From: Camelus ferus
Lineage: Eukaryota
DNA: 64,000 bases
Reading direction: 5' to 3'
Assembly (NCBI RefSeq): GCF_009834535.1
Contig: NC_045696.1
Coordinates: 62,746,001-62,810,000 of the forward strand
Under the pieces are notes generated by a model. It was not told where the DNA came from. It ran no database searches and saw only the letters and a program-made list of their open reading frames with translations. The position numbers and the translations under genes were made by a program. Positions within the stretch are counted from its first letter, which is position 1. Each line of letters opens with the position of its first letter. This document shows positions 11,463 through 23,306 of the stretch, in pieces.

Positions 11463-14400
11463 AATAAACACTTTGTGGGGAATGTGAGCAGTCCTGGGGT
11501 TTGCTTTGCTGAAATACCCTGGCTTCTAGCTTCGTGTCTGGGTGTGTGTACGTATGAGAGACAGACTGATATATCTCCTTACGGTTTGTAGAGTTTTCCA
11601 GCTTTTTCACTTTGAACATACATTTTCTAAACAAGAAGTTGATTTCTTTGAAAAGGAGAAATGTCTTTAACTGAGTCTCAAATGAGTAAAACAAGAGCTA
11701 AATCCAGCAGTGTGGTGACAGTTGATGTTCCTGAGAAGGGTCCTGCTTGCACCTAGTCCCTAGGAGTTGGTAGTATCTTGCTCAGGTTGCACGTTCTGGT
11801 AAATGCAGTGGTTTCCATTTGTAACGAATGTTTATGCCTAGTTGGTTTTAATATGCAGTTAAATTTAGTAAAGAAAAACAGGAGTGATGAAAGAGCAGTA
11901 CGCTGTGGTCAGCCCAGCCCAGCCCAGCACTGGGGCTCCGAGCCGGGAGACCCAGGGCGGCCCCTGCAGGCCTGTGAAACGAGGGGCCAGGCTCCCCGGG
12001 AAGGGTGTGAGGGCGGCTGCTGAAGCCAGACCCTCACTTCAAAGGGGACAATGGTCCATGTTGTGAAAGGCTAATAGCGTTGGAGCTGCGTCCCCCAGAC
12101 AGGACTTCTGTTGTTTGCTGTGGCTGGCAGCCTGGAGTGAAGGGGGTCCTGCTGTGCAGGAAGCCTGGTTGGAGGGCTACTTGCCCATTTAAGATGTGAG
12201 GTGGCCACCTCCACCCTGCCGGCCCCCTGAGGCCGTAAGGGTTAAAGCACATGGGTTGCTGTTCACTTTGTTCATTGCTGTTCACATGCTGTTGGTGTTC
12301 ATTTTGCCCCCGGCACTTCTTTCTGAAAGGAGTTTGGAGGCAGCTTTTAGTCTTGCTGAAGTGAAGCTGTAAATGGAAGGTGGAAGGTTCTTGGCAAAAC
12401 AAAACAAATGCTCTATTTCCACAAGGTGAAGGTGGGGTGAGGGTGGGCGGTGCCTCCATGTGTTTGGGATTTATTTTCATTTTCCAATCCTGTTAGCAAC
12501 AGAAAAAGGCTCCAAGGAGCCCCTGATTTTATTACCATTGGGAGCAGTTTATCTGCCGCCTGTGGGCACTTCGGCCAGACACCCAGGGCCCGAGGTGTCT
12601 TCTCCCCTCCCTGCCCCCTTCTCTCCTGGGAGTGGCTTGGGAATTCAGCTGAAGCCTAGGAGGGGTAAGTGCCGATGGTCTGGTTCTGTCTTCTGTCCAA
12701 GGAGGGGTCTGTCCAGCTTATTGATTACAGACGAGTAGTGGATTATATCCTAAGGCAGAGGTGGCAATGGGAAAACAGTAGTGGAAGCAAGGTAGAAAGA
12801 TGGCATGGCGCTTGTTGCCTGGATTGGGTGGCCACGCTCTGCTGAGGGGCCGCCCCAGACCCTGCCTGAGCCTCAGGCCCCCCTCCCTTCCTGCGTGGAT
12901 GCAGTTTCATGCCTTGCCAGCAGGGGTCTCACCAGTGTCACCTCAGGCTGCAAGCAGGTGGGAGAACCTTCTCTGGGCTCCTCCCCCACAACAGCTTAGA
13001 ATCACTGAGCTCTGGAACGTTCCAGCTGATGAGACGCAGACACCATTTTGGGACTCGGAGAGAGGAAGTGGCTAATCCCTTGAGAAAGGCTGTGTTTGGG
13101 CCCCAGCTGGGGCTAGAACCTTCTTGAGGGTGGGGCGGGGGTGAGAATAAAGCAAGAGCATCTCTCCATTGTGAATGTTAGTGAATGAAGGAATGGAGGT
13201 CTACTTGGCTTCCACAAAGAGACCGGTATTTTTTTCAGCGTGATGATATAAAATAACTATTGATTGATTGATTATCACTTTATTAATGATAACCAGTCAG
13301 GCACTGTGACATAGAGCCTTTAATAGAAGCCAGATAAGTTTTGCATATTTAATTTAAAGCCTCTTTTCCATAAGAATCCATACCTGTGGCGTTCAGATCA
13401 GAAATTCTCACGCTTACTCAAAGGTTGTATCTCCAGGAAAAAGTAAGGCTTGAAGTTGGCTAAGCAATAATGCTGCAGTTGTAAGAGGTGTGAAAACAGG
13501 AGGTATGACATTAAGTGCTGGTGACAGTTGGCAATGTTACCAAGAAAGGGAAGGGTAAGCCTGGTGAAGCTTGGTTTCCTTGCAGCCTTGCGGTGCAGGA
13601 TGCCTGCAGGAGCTCTGCTACCTGTAGATAGCGCTCAGGTAGGTGGTTCCTCTGACCCCGGGGCACGGCTGAAACAGGTCTCCAGGTTATCGCTCTGCGG
13701 CCTGTGTGTGGACAAGGAACGTGTGCTTGGCCTGAGCTTCCAGGATGGATTGTGATTTCCAAAGGAGTCTGAGTTGCTCATACCACAAAGCTGCTCGGGG
13801 AGCAAATCCTCCAAAAGTGACGCTCACTGCCCAGATGAGCAGGGCCTTTAGAGCAATTTAAGTGCTTAATTTCCTTTGCTGCTTTTTTATGAAAACCGTA
13901 AATAAACCACTCTCGAGCCATTAACCTTTGAAAGCTGCATGTTGTTAAAGGTTGATTTCTCGTTACTGTGTCATCATTTTCTCCCCCATGTGACACACTT
14001 CTCACTCACACATGCCCCCCACCCTTTTTTAGAGTATTTATTTTTTAAATAGAAATCTTAAGAGAAGCCAAATAATTTTGCATGTGACCTCCCACCTGTG
14101 GGCTTGGTGTGGCGTTTTGCCAGTGGGCCTAGATCAAATCATATGGTATCTAGATGTGTCTGGCTTCTCAAACGCTGATGAACACCCTGAAACACTCGTG
14201 CAGGGGTAGGACTTGGGAGTCTCCCACGTCGCAGGATAAACATACTGCCTCCTCCTGGAGAGTCGGTTTTACACAAAGATTTAGCAGGAGGAAAATTGGT
14301 ATATTAAAACATATGTGGGGTTATTATAGAGTAGAATAATAAAGTTTTATAAATCTTTCAGACAAGACACAATTTTACACAGTTGGCAGCAGCCATGTCC

Positions 14401-14576
14401 CATATGCTGGCCTCTGTCCTTTCCCTGGGGAGAAGTTTTAGAAGCCCTGGTCAGAATTTTTTGCGGTATTATCATTTTATTATTCTCGTAATGTTTTATC
14501 ATTATGAACTGATATGAGGTATGAGACAAAAGTGTTCGGTTGTACTTATGAAGACAAGGAAAGTAATACAAACTTG

Positions 14577-14745
14577 CCAGTGGTTCCCCAAAGTCAGCAC
14601 GGCCACATCACAGTCACAGCTTCAAAATACAGGTTCCTAGGCCTTCTCCCAGGGGGGCTCTGACTCACTTGGTCCAGGGTGGGCCTTCAAATCTGGATTT
14701 TGGACATATACCTAAAGTGATTTCGCTCTGTAGCTAGAACCAAAT
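14577..14745. mobile_element. MER5-like DNA transposon remnant
   Basis: cagtggttccccaaa...aaaatacaggttcctaggcc...tctgactcacttggtccagggtgggcc. Confidence 0.55.
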
Positions 14746-17700
14746 GGTTTATTCTGACTATAGGCACTGAGAAAGGGGCTACAAAACTAGTATCCTACAG
14801 ACCAGGCAGAAGAGTGTTTTTTATCCTGTAGCATTTTTAAAAAAATATGTATTAGTTGCCACCATTTAAAATCAGAATATTTTATAATTTTTCTTTAAAA
14901 CTCAGGTGTCAGGGCAGTACTACGCCTGCCTTTTCTCCAAATCCCATGCCAGAGGCGAGCAGAGGCAGCTGTCTTGAAGGCCTGCACCTCTCAGGTCTCC
15001 CTGGCACCCCCAGCACACACTGCCCCAGCTTTGCTCTCTCACATCACTGTCTGGCCCTCTGGGCACTTGAGCTTTTGATCCTGCTCAGTGAACACATGGT
15101 CCTGCATAATGTTCTTTAATCAGAACGAACAGCTGAATCACAGACATCCTGGACAAGCAAACAACGGGAGTCTACTGTTGCCCCCACTCCCCACTCCTGG
15201 CCTCAAGAGGACAGCTCACCTTGGTTCCCACCTGGGAAGTGAATCATTCTAGAAAGAAGGACTTCCACTGAGACTAGGACTCAGAATCCTCGCCTCTGCT
15301 TGGTGCTTCTCCTTGTCTTTCAGTCACTTCTCTATGATTCTGTTTCTAGAGCCCCATTTTTCACCCATAGACCTGACCTGACCACAAAACACACACACAC
15401 GGATCCCTCACGGCCATCGTCATGGGACTGTGATCCTGGCGTGGCCCTGCTGACGGGTCAGTTTCACGGCCGTGAACGCCCCTTTGCCCTTCACCGTTCG
15501 TCCCATTCTAAACACTAGATCATTCTGTGTTTCATGTATAAAAAGGAGCCCAAATGCCGATAGGAGGTAGTTCTTACAGGAAATTGTGTTCAGAATTCCA
15601 ACCAACAGATTTGAAGCAATGAACCTTTAGAGCATGGCACTTCTGTACCCTGGTTGGGAGGCCATGTCTGGGCACACGGTTTGGCAGGAACAGAAGGTAC
15701 CGTCAGCCTGTGCTGGCCGCGCTCAGCAGTCAGAAGCATGACCCCCGCTCCCGTTTTCTTCTGAGACATTACTGGGGCTCTCTTTCATTCTGTGAGGTCA
15801 AAGGATGCCATTTGGATTGGTCACTTGACAGGACTGCATCGTTTCTCTAATTTTTCATTCTGGTGGCCCAAGCCGTGAATCACAGTTCTCTCACCAAGCA
15901 GCATGCCTCTCGATGGATTCCAGAGACCTCACAGAGCATCTCCTCTTCCCTCGTTTATCTGAGTAGGTAATAGCACAGAGATGGTGAACGCCGGTAACCG
16001 CTAAAAGGTTTGAAAAGGCAAAGAACATTTTCCCTTTAAAGTCCAAGCCCTCCCTTGCCTCACCGGGATCAGTTCTCTCTGGGCCCTGAGCACGTATGAC
16101 TTGCCATTCCAGACGTGGTGAGTACAGGCTGCTGGGTGGTGTCTGTTCCTTTTCTTCTTGCAATCAAACCACCGGACGGCCCAGCCTTGTGGTCCCGACT
16201 CCCAGTCTCTTGTCCTGAGCAAATCGCCATTCCCTTGTGGGCTTCCCGGCCACACCTGCCATCCGCTACCCAGAGCACCAGTGGTCGCTAGCATTGGCCC
16301 CATTCTCGCTGGCTTTTCATTCCATAGCAATGTAAAAAGTAGCCAAATCAGGAAACATTCATTCTAACCTCACTGTTGGAAGAACGTAGAATCAGAACCA
16401 TATTTTCTGACACATCCCAGCTTCATATAGTTCGTGTTAATTAAGGGCCAGTTGCTTTCATTTTCATTCAGAACATATGTTAATCAGAGATATATGTATA
16501 ACCACCATATTTTACCCAAATCTCACTGAAATGTATAGTGTACAAAAGGAGTATCCCTGGGGCTAATTAACATTTGCAAATATTTACTTAGAGCATTTCT
16601 AGAAAATTTAATAAGAGGGAAGGGAGCAGTTTTGCAAAAGGGGATGTGTTTACCAGTTTCACCATGGCGATGGCCTGGGAGTGTAGGTACAAACCTGCCA
16701 GGAAGACGCTGTGGGTTTTTCCTGGTGTTGTCTGAGCAGCTTGAGTGAGGGCAGCAGTGGGGGTACAGTGTTTACTCTGTGCCGTAAATTAATTAAGTAG
16801 ATTATGCTCAGTCTGGTGGTACAGGTCCAGGCTCTAAAAGGGCGGCAGGCGGCCCGGCGGGCTCTGAAGATAAAGAGGTCTTTATTGTCTGTGGCCGCTC
16901 TGTCATTTGCCGTGAGGTGCTTTGAGGCTGCCCCACTGAGGCTGGATGTGACTGGAGTTCACAGACACTGCCCGGGTCTTGGCTGTGTGGCCACAATGTG
17001 GAGCCCAGCTGTTTCAGAAAGGACAGGTTTTATCCTTAGTATTTGGTTGTGAATATTCCTGTCTAGAAAAATTCACTGCAACAAATGCAGACTGAGTCCC
17101 TGCTTCCTGCCGGGCACAGGGCTGGGCAGCAGGGATTCAGACATAAAAAGGCACAGTCCCTGTCCTCGGAGAACTCACAGCTTGACAGGACGCAGGCACA
17201 CAGGATGATTTTAGACGCCACAGCCATGGACGAGTCCAAGGCCCAGAGGAGGGAGCTACGCAGAGGGTGTGCCTCCGAGCTGGAGGTTAATGAAGAGAGG
17301 GCCCTGGTGGACAAGGAGGGATAAGGGCACTGCGGCCAAGAGGAGCAGCAGCACAGAGGCCTCGGCAGGTGGCACTTGCAGGGGCTCCAGCTGCTTCCAT
17401 CTGGATGAGCACAAGGGGCGGGGCTGGGGAGCAGAGGAGGATGTGGTCAGGCGGAGGCAGGGACTGGATGGTGGGGGTCTCGTGTCGTGCTAAGGGGTTG
17501 CAGTTCATTCTATAAGTAGGGAGGAGCGTGATGTCAGCATGGAAGACTCTATAGACATCTGCCATCTGGGAGGGGTCAAATCCTGACGCCTATCTTATCT
17601 AAATGATGCTGTCTTGTTATTTTGGTGGTCAAAATGCTGAGCTGTAACTCACTTCCATGCATGAGTATAAGCCCATTTTCTGAGCAAGACCCCAAGCTAG

Positions 17701-18960
17701 TTGCAGACCAGGGATTCAGAGACGAATAGGAAAGCAGCCCTGTCCACCTGTCCATGGGTGGTGCACCGGCTGGTGGAAGAGGGGAGGGTGGACATGGCTG
17801 GACCACTTGCTGCAAGGAGTGATCTAGCCTGTTGTATGAAGCAGTGGGAACAAGGGCAGTGGAGAGATTAGTTTCAAATGCAAGCTCTCAGGTTTTATAT
17901 AGGAGTTGGAAATTCCAGAGCACCAAATTTTTCTTCTGGAGAATTATTTATGGTACTTTATTTAATCTGGCTTTTTTTTTTCAAAGTATAGATAAAGAAA
18001 CTTTTTTTCTTCCCTTTCTTTTTTGTGCCCAGTGATAAACAGATCCCAAGTATTACCAAAGCTACATTTAAAAAACAGAAATTTTTCTTAAGAACCTCAA
18101 TAATGAACAGGATTTCAAATACAGTCACTGAATTTAATTCTTCATCCAGTGTTTCCCTCTTTGCTTAATTTTACAAAGGGGCTTGTGAACCAGTTTGTTA
18201 TAAAAAATGGATTTCCCTTTCAATGACCTGACTGCATGCAGTCTGACAGTGTGTCAGTGGCCTTGCTGGGTTGACAGGCGCTCTGATGGTGTATACGGAT
18301 ATGTCTCTGTGGTCATGAGGCCCGGGCGGTGAAGGAGACAGAGCACTGTGTGTCCAGCTGTGGCCCCCATTGTGAGTCCCTGCACCTGCACCAGGGCCGG
18401 CTTTGTGCGTGTGAAGCAGAACAGCTTTACTTCTTTATCTCTGAGGTTTATTGTTCTGATCTCTCAAGAAGGGAGAAGGAGAGGAGAAAATAGCCCCTCT
18501 TCAGCAGAAAGTGGCTGTTTGAGAGCCTGACCCCTGTTTCACGTGTCCTTGGCTCCCTCGGAACATTCCACGTTAATTACACAGCCCGCCGCTGCGGGGC
18601 TTTTCCTTTGGCACCCACAGCTTTGGAAAACGGATAGACAGTGATTGCAGAGCTTGAAGCAATGAGGGAGGGAAAGCCACAACCCCGCAGGGTCGAGAGC
18701 CTGGAGGTGGCTTGGAGACCAGCAGCCAGAGGGCAGGGAGGCCCCTGGGTGGGGTCCTGTAAGCAGCTGGAGTGGGGGACTCAGGCAGAGGGCGAGGCCA
18801 TCCGATTCTCTCGCCAGGCACCGGGGCTCCAGCTCTCAGATCTTGAAGGGAAGGAATGGCTCAGCCCAGCACCTGGGCTCAGCAGCAGGCCCGCGCAGCC
18901 AGAGGGTGCTTCCTGGGACCTTGCCAGCACTGGCTGCTTCTCCTCTCCTGTGTGTGGGTG

Positions 18961-19195
18961 TGTGGTAAAATATATATAACATAAAATTTGCCATTCTGTT
19001 TTTAAGTGTACAATTCATTGGCATTAATTCCATTCACAAGGTTGTGCAACCATCACCACTATCTATTTCTGAAATATTTTCATAACCCCAAACAGAAACT
19101 CTGTACCGGTTAAGCAATAGCTCCCCGGTCCCCACTCCCTCTGCCCCTAGTTCCCTCTAGTCCACCTTCTGTCTCTGTGAATTTGCCTGTTCTGT
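18961..19195 (-). mobile_element. L1MB-like 3' end
   Basis: tgtggtaaaatatatataacataaaatttgccatt...aagtgtacaattc...gtgcaaccatcaccactatctatttc. Confidence 0.8.
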
Positions 19196-19367
19196 GTGGT
19201 CCCTGTACGTATGCTCCCAGCACCTGTCTCCTCCGTCACTCTCTGCCTCCGCCAGGCCCTGGAGCACGTGGGGCCTCCTGCCCCCAGGTGGGCCCCTGGC
19301 CTCTGTCCGTCCTTCCTCCTCACTCATCACTGAGGCTATACACTCCACGGGCCTTTTTCTTTTCTTC

Positions 19368-19532
19368 TTTTTTTCTATTGAAGTATTCTTGACTTATACA
19401 ATCGTATTTGACTCAGGTGAGCAGTGTTGTGATTCAGTAGGTGTGCAGACTAGACTCCGTCACAGGTGATTATAAGATACGGCTGTAATTCCCTGAGCTA
19501 GACGGTATGTCCTTCTTGCTCATCTCTTTTTC
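19368..19532 (-). mobile_element. Short L1 3' tail
   Basis: Poly-T then attgaagta...tgattcagt...ataagata...ttccctgagcta, homologous to the L1 tail at 21184. Confidence 0.65.
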
Positions 19533-19774
19533 CATGGGCCTTTCTTGATTCCTCTCAACTAGCCTGATCTTCCTCTGTCTGGAACACTTGGTTGGAAGCG
19601 CTCTTTCAACCCAAGTGACTGCTCTGTGTGAGGTTAGGGTGTTTTCTGCACCCGTGCTCCCCTGCTGAACAGGAGCCCCTGGAGGGAGCGGCAGGGCTGT
19701 GCGGAGTAGATGCTCAGGGATGTGCTTGTCCAGGTGGAATGTTCCCAGGGCGCTCCCGTCCGCTGAGGGGCAAT

Positions 19775-20140
19775 GAGGATGGTATTACTAGGGGGGCTCT
19801 GGGGCCCGGCTGCCTGCGTTTCAACCTAGGCTTCACCACTTACTAGCTAAGTGGCCTTGGCTAAATTCCTTTACCTCTATAGGCCTGAGGTTTCTCATGT
19901 ATAAAAGAGTAATAATTGTGCCTCCCTCACAAGCTTATGAAGAGTAAATGAATGCAAGTGTGTAAAGTGCTAAGAATGCTCTCACGCGTGCTGACATGTG
20001 CTGCTTTACAAGTGTTGGCCATCATCGTTGACACTGTCGTAACCTCTGTCACAAAGTCGTGAGGGTGAAACAAGTGAATTCACTGTATAAGTTGTTTTAA
20101 AAGTGGCTGGCGTGTAATACGCATTTAGTAAATGTCAGTT
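19775..20140 (+). mobile_element. MIR SINE(s)
   Basis: ccacttactagctaagtggccttggctaaattcctttacctct...tttctcatgtataaaa...gtgtaaagtgctaagaa, followed by a second partial tail. Confidence 0.75.
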
Positions 20141-20903
20141 ACCTCTGTGTGTGTGTGTGAAGGTATGTATATATTTTTGCATCAAACCCAGCTCAGCTCT
20201 GTGACCAGTCCCGGGAGCTGCCTCTCACTTGAAGTTGCCACTGTTCTGATAAAGGGGACTGGACCACCCTGGGGGCGGATAAAAACTGAACCTGCCTGCG
20301 TTTCCTTTCTTTTGAAGACATCAGAGGACTAAGAGGCCTCAGAAGTTGGATGCCAAGTGGAGGTAGTCTTAGAAATCTGGTGAGCTAGAAGTCAGCACGG
20401 TCTGCGCTTGGAGGTGTCATTTGAGTTCACAGCAATCTTAGCATTTTCACCTTTTTTTCTTTTTAAATTTGGAAACCAGCCATGGGAATTGGCATTACTT
20501 CTAACCTCAGGCAAAAGATCCTCACATTCCATCTCCATTTGGAGGACTGAGTGGGCTTTACTGTTTACATGATGCCTACAGTTTCAATCAAGATGCTCAT
20601 TTTTTCAAACCCACAGAAGAAAAGTTATCCTCTATGGAAACCAAGCTTTACAAAACTTATCTCTGTGCTCTGATTTTAGTTGCCAGTTAAAAGAAACCTC
20701 AACCCTGCTTGTTAAATAGCTGTGTGAAATGTTACCGGGGCATGGAGAAGGGCTGGGGCTGGAGAAGGAATGGCCTTCTTGCCACTGTGGACCTCTTTCT
20801 GGAGAGAGGATGACTCAGAACTTGCTGGGAAGTTGAACGTTGGCTTCCAAAAGGCAGAGGAAATGTCTGTGTCTACGTGTGCACGTGTGTGAGTGTACAC
20901 GTG

Positions 20904-20905
<2 letters not shown>

Positions 20906-20947
<42 letters not shown>
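20906..20947. repeat. (TG)~21 microsatellite
   Basis: Directly visible. Preceded by an alternating purine/pyrimidine tract from about 20874. Confidence 0.97.
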
Positions 20948-20949
<2 letters not shown>

Positions 20950-21183
20950 CGGGGGATGCGCTGCAGGACAGAGCATGGTTTCTTGGGATCACATGTTGTT
21001 TCTCCTACTCAGAGCCCCCGGACTCTGTATTTGCACCACCATTCCTTACAGTGGTCTCTCTCTGGCCACGTCTGTCCCTCTGCACTGGATGTGGGCTAGA
21101 ACTGCACCAAACAGAACCCCCAGTCTCCCCTAAGTGGTCCCAGTCTCAGCAGGTACCCTCTATAAGTATATGAAACAGCTTAA

Positions 21184-22116
21184 ATTTTTTTTATTGAAGT
21201 ATAGTTGATTTATAATATGTTAGTTTCAGGTATACAGCAAAGTGATTCAGTGATTTACATATATATTTTTTCAGATTATTTTCCATTATAGGTATTACAA
21301 GATATTAACTATAGCTCCCTGTGCTATACAGTAAGTTCCTGTTGCTTATCTATTTGATGTATAGATTGTTTGTATCTGTTAATCTCATACCTCTAATTTA
21401 TTCCTGTCCCCCCTCCCTTTTCCCTTTGGTAACTATAAGTTTGTTTTTTATGTCTGAGTCTGCTTCTGTTTTGTAAATATGTTCATTTGTGTCATTTTTT
21501 TAGATTCCACATATAAGTGATATCATATAATATTTATCTTTTTCTAATTTACTTAGTATGATAATCTCTAGGTCCATCCACGTTACTGCAAATGGCAATG
21601 TTTCATTCTTTTTATGGCTGAGTAATATTCCTTTGTACATATATACCACATCTTCTAAGCCAGTCATCTGTTGATGGGCACTTGGGTTGTTTCCATGTCT
21701 TGGCTATTGTAAAGAGTGCTGCTTTGAACATTGGAGTGCATGTATCTTTTCAGGTTAGTTTTCATCTTTTCCAGTATATTCCCAGGAGTGGAATTGCTGG
21801 GTCATATGGTAGTTCTATTTTTAGTTTTTTAAGGACCCTCCATACTAGCACCAATGTACATTCCCACCAACAGTGTAGGAAGTTTCCCTTTTCTCTACAT
21901 CTCTCCAGCGTTTATTGTTTGTGGACTTTTTAATGATGGCCATTGTGACTGGTGTGAGGTGATAGTTTTGATTTGCATTTCTCTAATAATTAGTGATGTT
22001 GAGCATCTTTTCACGTGCCTTTTGCCATCTGTATTTCTTCTTTGGAGAATTTAGATCTTCTGCCCATTTTTTGATTGGGTTGTCTTTTTTTTTTTAAATA
22101 TTAAGTTGTATGAGCT
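21184..22116 (-). mobile_element. 5'-truncated LINE-1 (ORF2 C-terminus and 3'UTR)
   Basis: Antisense L1 ORF2 tail and 3'UTR with poly-T at left. Degenerate TSD gaaacagcttaa (21172-21183) / gaaactgcataa (22117-22128). Confidence 0.92.
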
Positions 22117-22869
22117 GAAACTGCATAATTTTCTGATTAAGATCAAAGTGGTTTGCTTTTGTGTAAATGTGTGGGGCACAGGGGAGGCTAAGATGCAGAC
22201 TGGCTATCAGTAAATGCTTGCTGAAGATGGATTAGCCCTCAGTCTCATTTCTCCTCTTGCCTTTGCCTTAAACCTTAGAAGCAACACTGCTATATATCAC
22301 ATTTTGAGCTTGATTCCCTGAGCTCCTAGCCTTTCCCTGGAAATAAGCAAGACCTCTGAAGCTGCTTGAATACCTATAGGCCAGGAAAAGGGACAGGGGA
22401 GGAGAGGTTCTGATGGATGGTCCTTTTTCTAGCCAGACTGGTTAATGCAGCTTCTAAGGCACTCACCTTTCTTCTGTTGAGCTGCTGACCTGCAGTGAGA
22501 ATGAGACTGAGGGGGGACGCACTGCCCCCTCGAGTGGTCGCTGCCCCGACCAGACTTGGGAGGCAGCAGGGCTTAGGGCCTCGCCCAGGGCTCTCTAAGC
22601 TGGCTGGCGCCTGCAGGTCCTTGCTCTGTATGGCTCCTCCCATGTTAGCAGGCATCACTTCTCACACACACATCCAAGTAACAGTCACTTGAGGAATCAC
22701 CCATCAGCATGACCTGAACAGCCCCTTCCCCGGCACCACAGGCACGAACCTGGATGTGACCCTTGATCTAAGAGACAGGCCTTCAGGCCCTCCCACACCC
22801 CTCCCTGATCATACAGGACACAGGTTCTGTGCCAGACCCAAGACTAACAGCAGAAGGGAAGGAAGGGGA

Positions 22870-23030
22870 ACCCTCCTTACCCAACACCTGCTGTGCACCA
22901 CGGTGTTCAGCTGTTATTTCATTTAATTCTCTGGTAGTACCTCTCTTCTGAGGTATCACGTTCCTACTATTACTGGGAGAAAACTGAAGTAGAAAGATGA
23001 GAAATCACATTTCTGCGTGCCCACGGCGTC
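22870..23030 (-). mobile_element. MIR fragment
   Basis: tatttcatttaattctc...gaggtatc...gagaaaactgaag. Confidence 0.5.
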
Positions 23031-23159
23031 AGGGGCTGTCAGCTTGCATTACTTCCTGGCGTCCTCACGGCAGCGGTCTCTGGAGGTGTGGTGGTGGGTT
23101 CCATGCAGCTGGCACCCGGCCAGTTTGACCAACCCCCAAGTCTCTTTCCTCTACCTCCT

Positions 23160-23306
23160 GCCAACCCAAAGTGTGGCCCGCAGCATCGCTGGGGAGCTTG
23201 TCAGGAATGCTGAATCCCGCCCCCTCACCTGCCGTATCCCACCTGCATTTTAACTGGATCTCCAGACACCGATTTGGGGCGCACAATAAAGTCTGCGCAG
23301 CCCTGC
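23160..23306 (+). mobile_element. MER5A-like MITE
   Basis: caaagtgtggccc...gcagcatc...gggagcttgtcaggaatgctgaatc...ctgcattttaactggatctccag. Confidence 0.7.
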
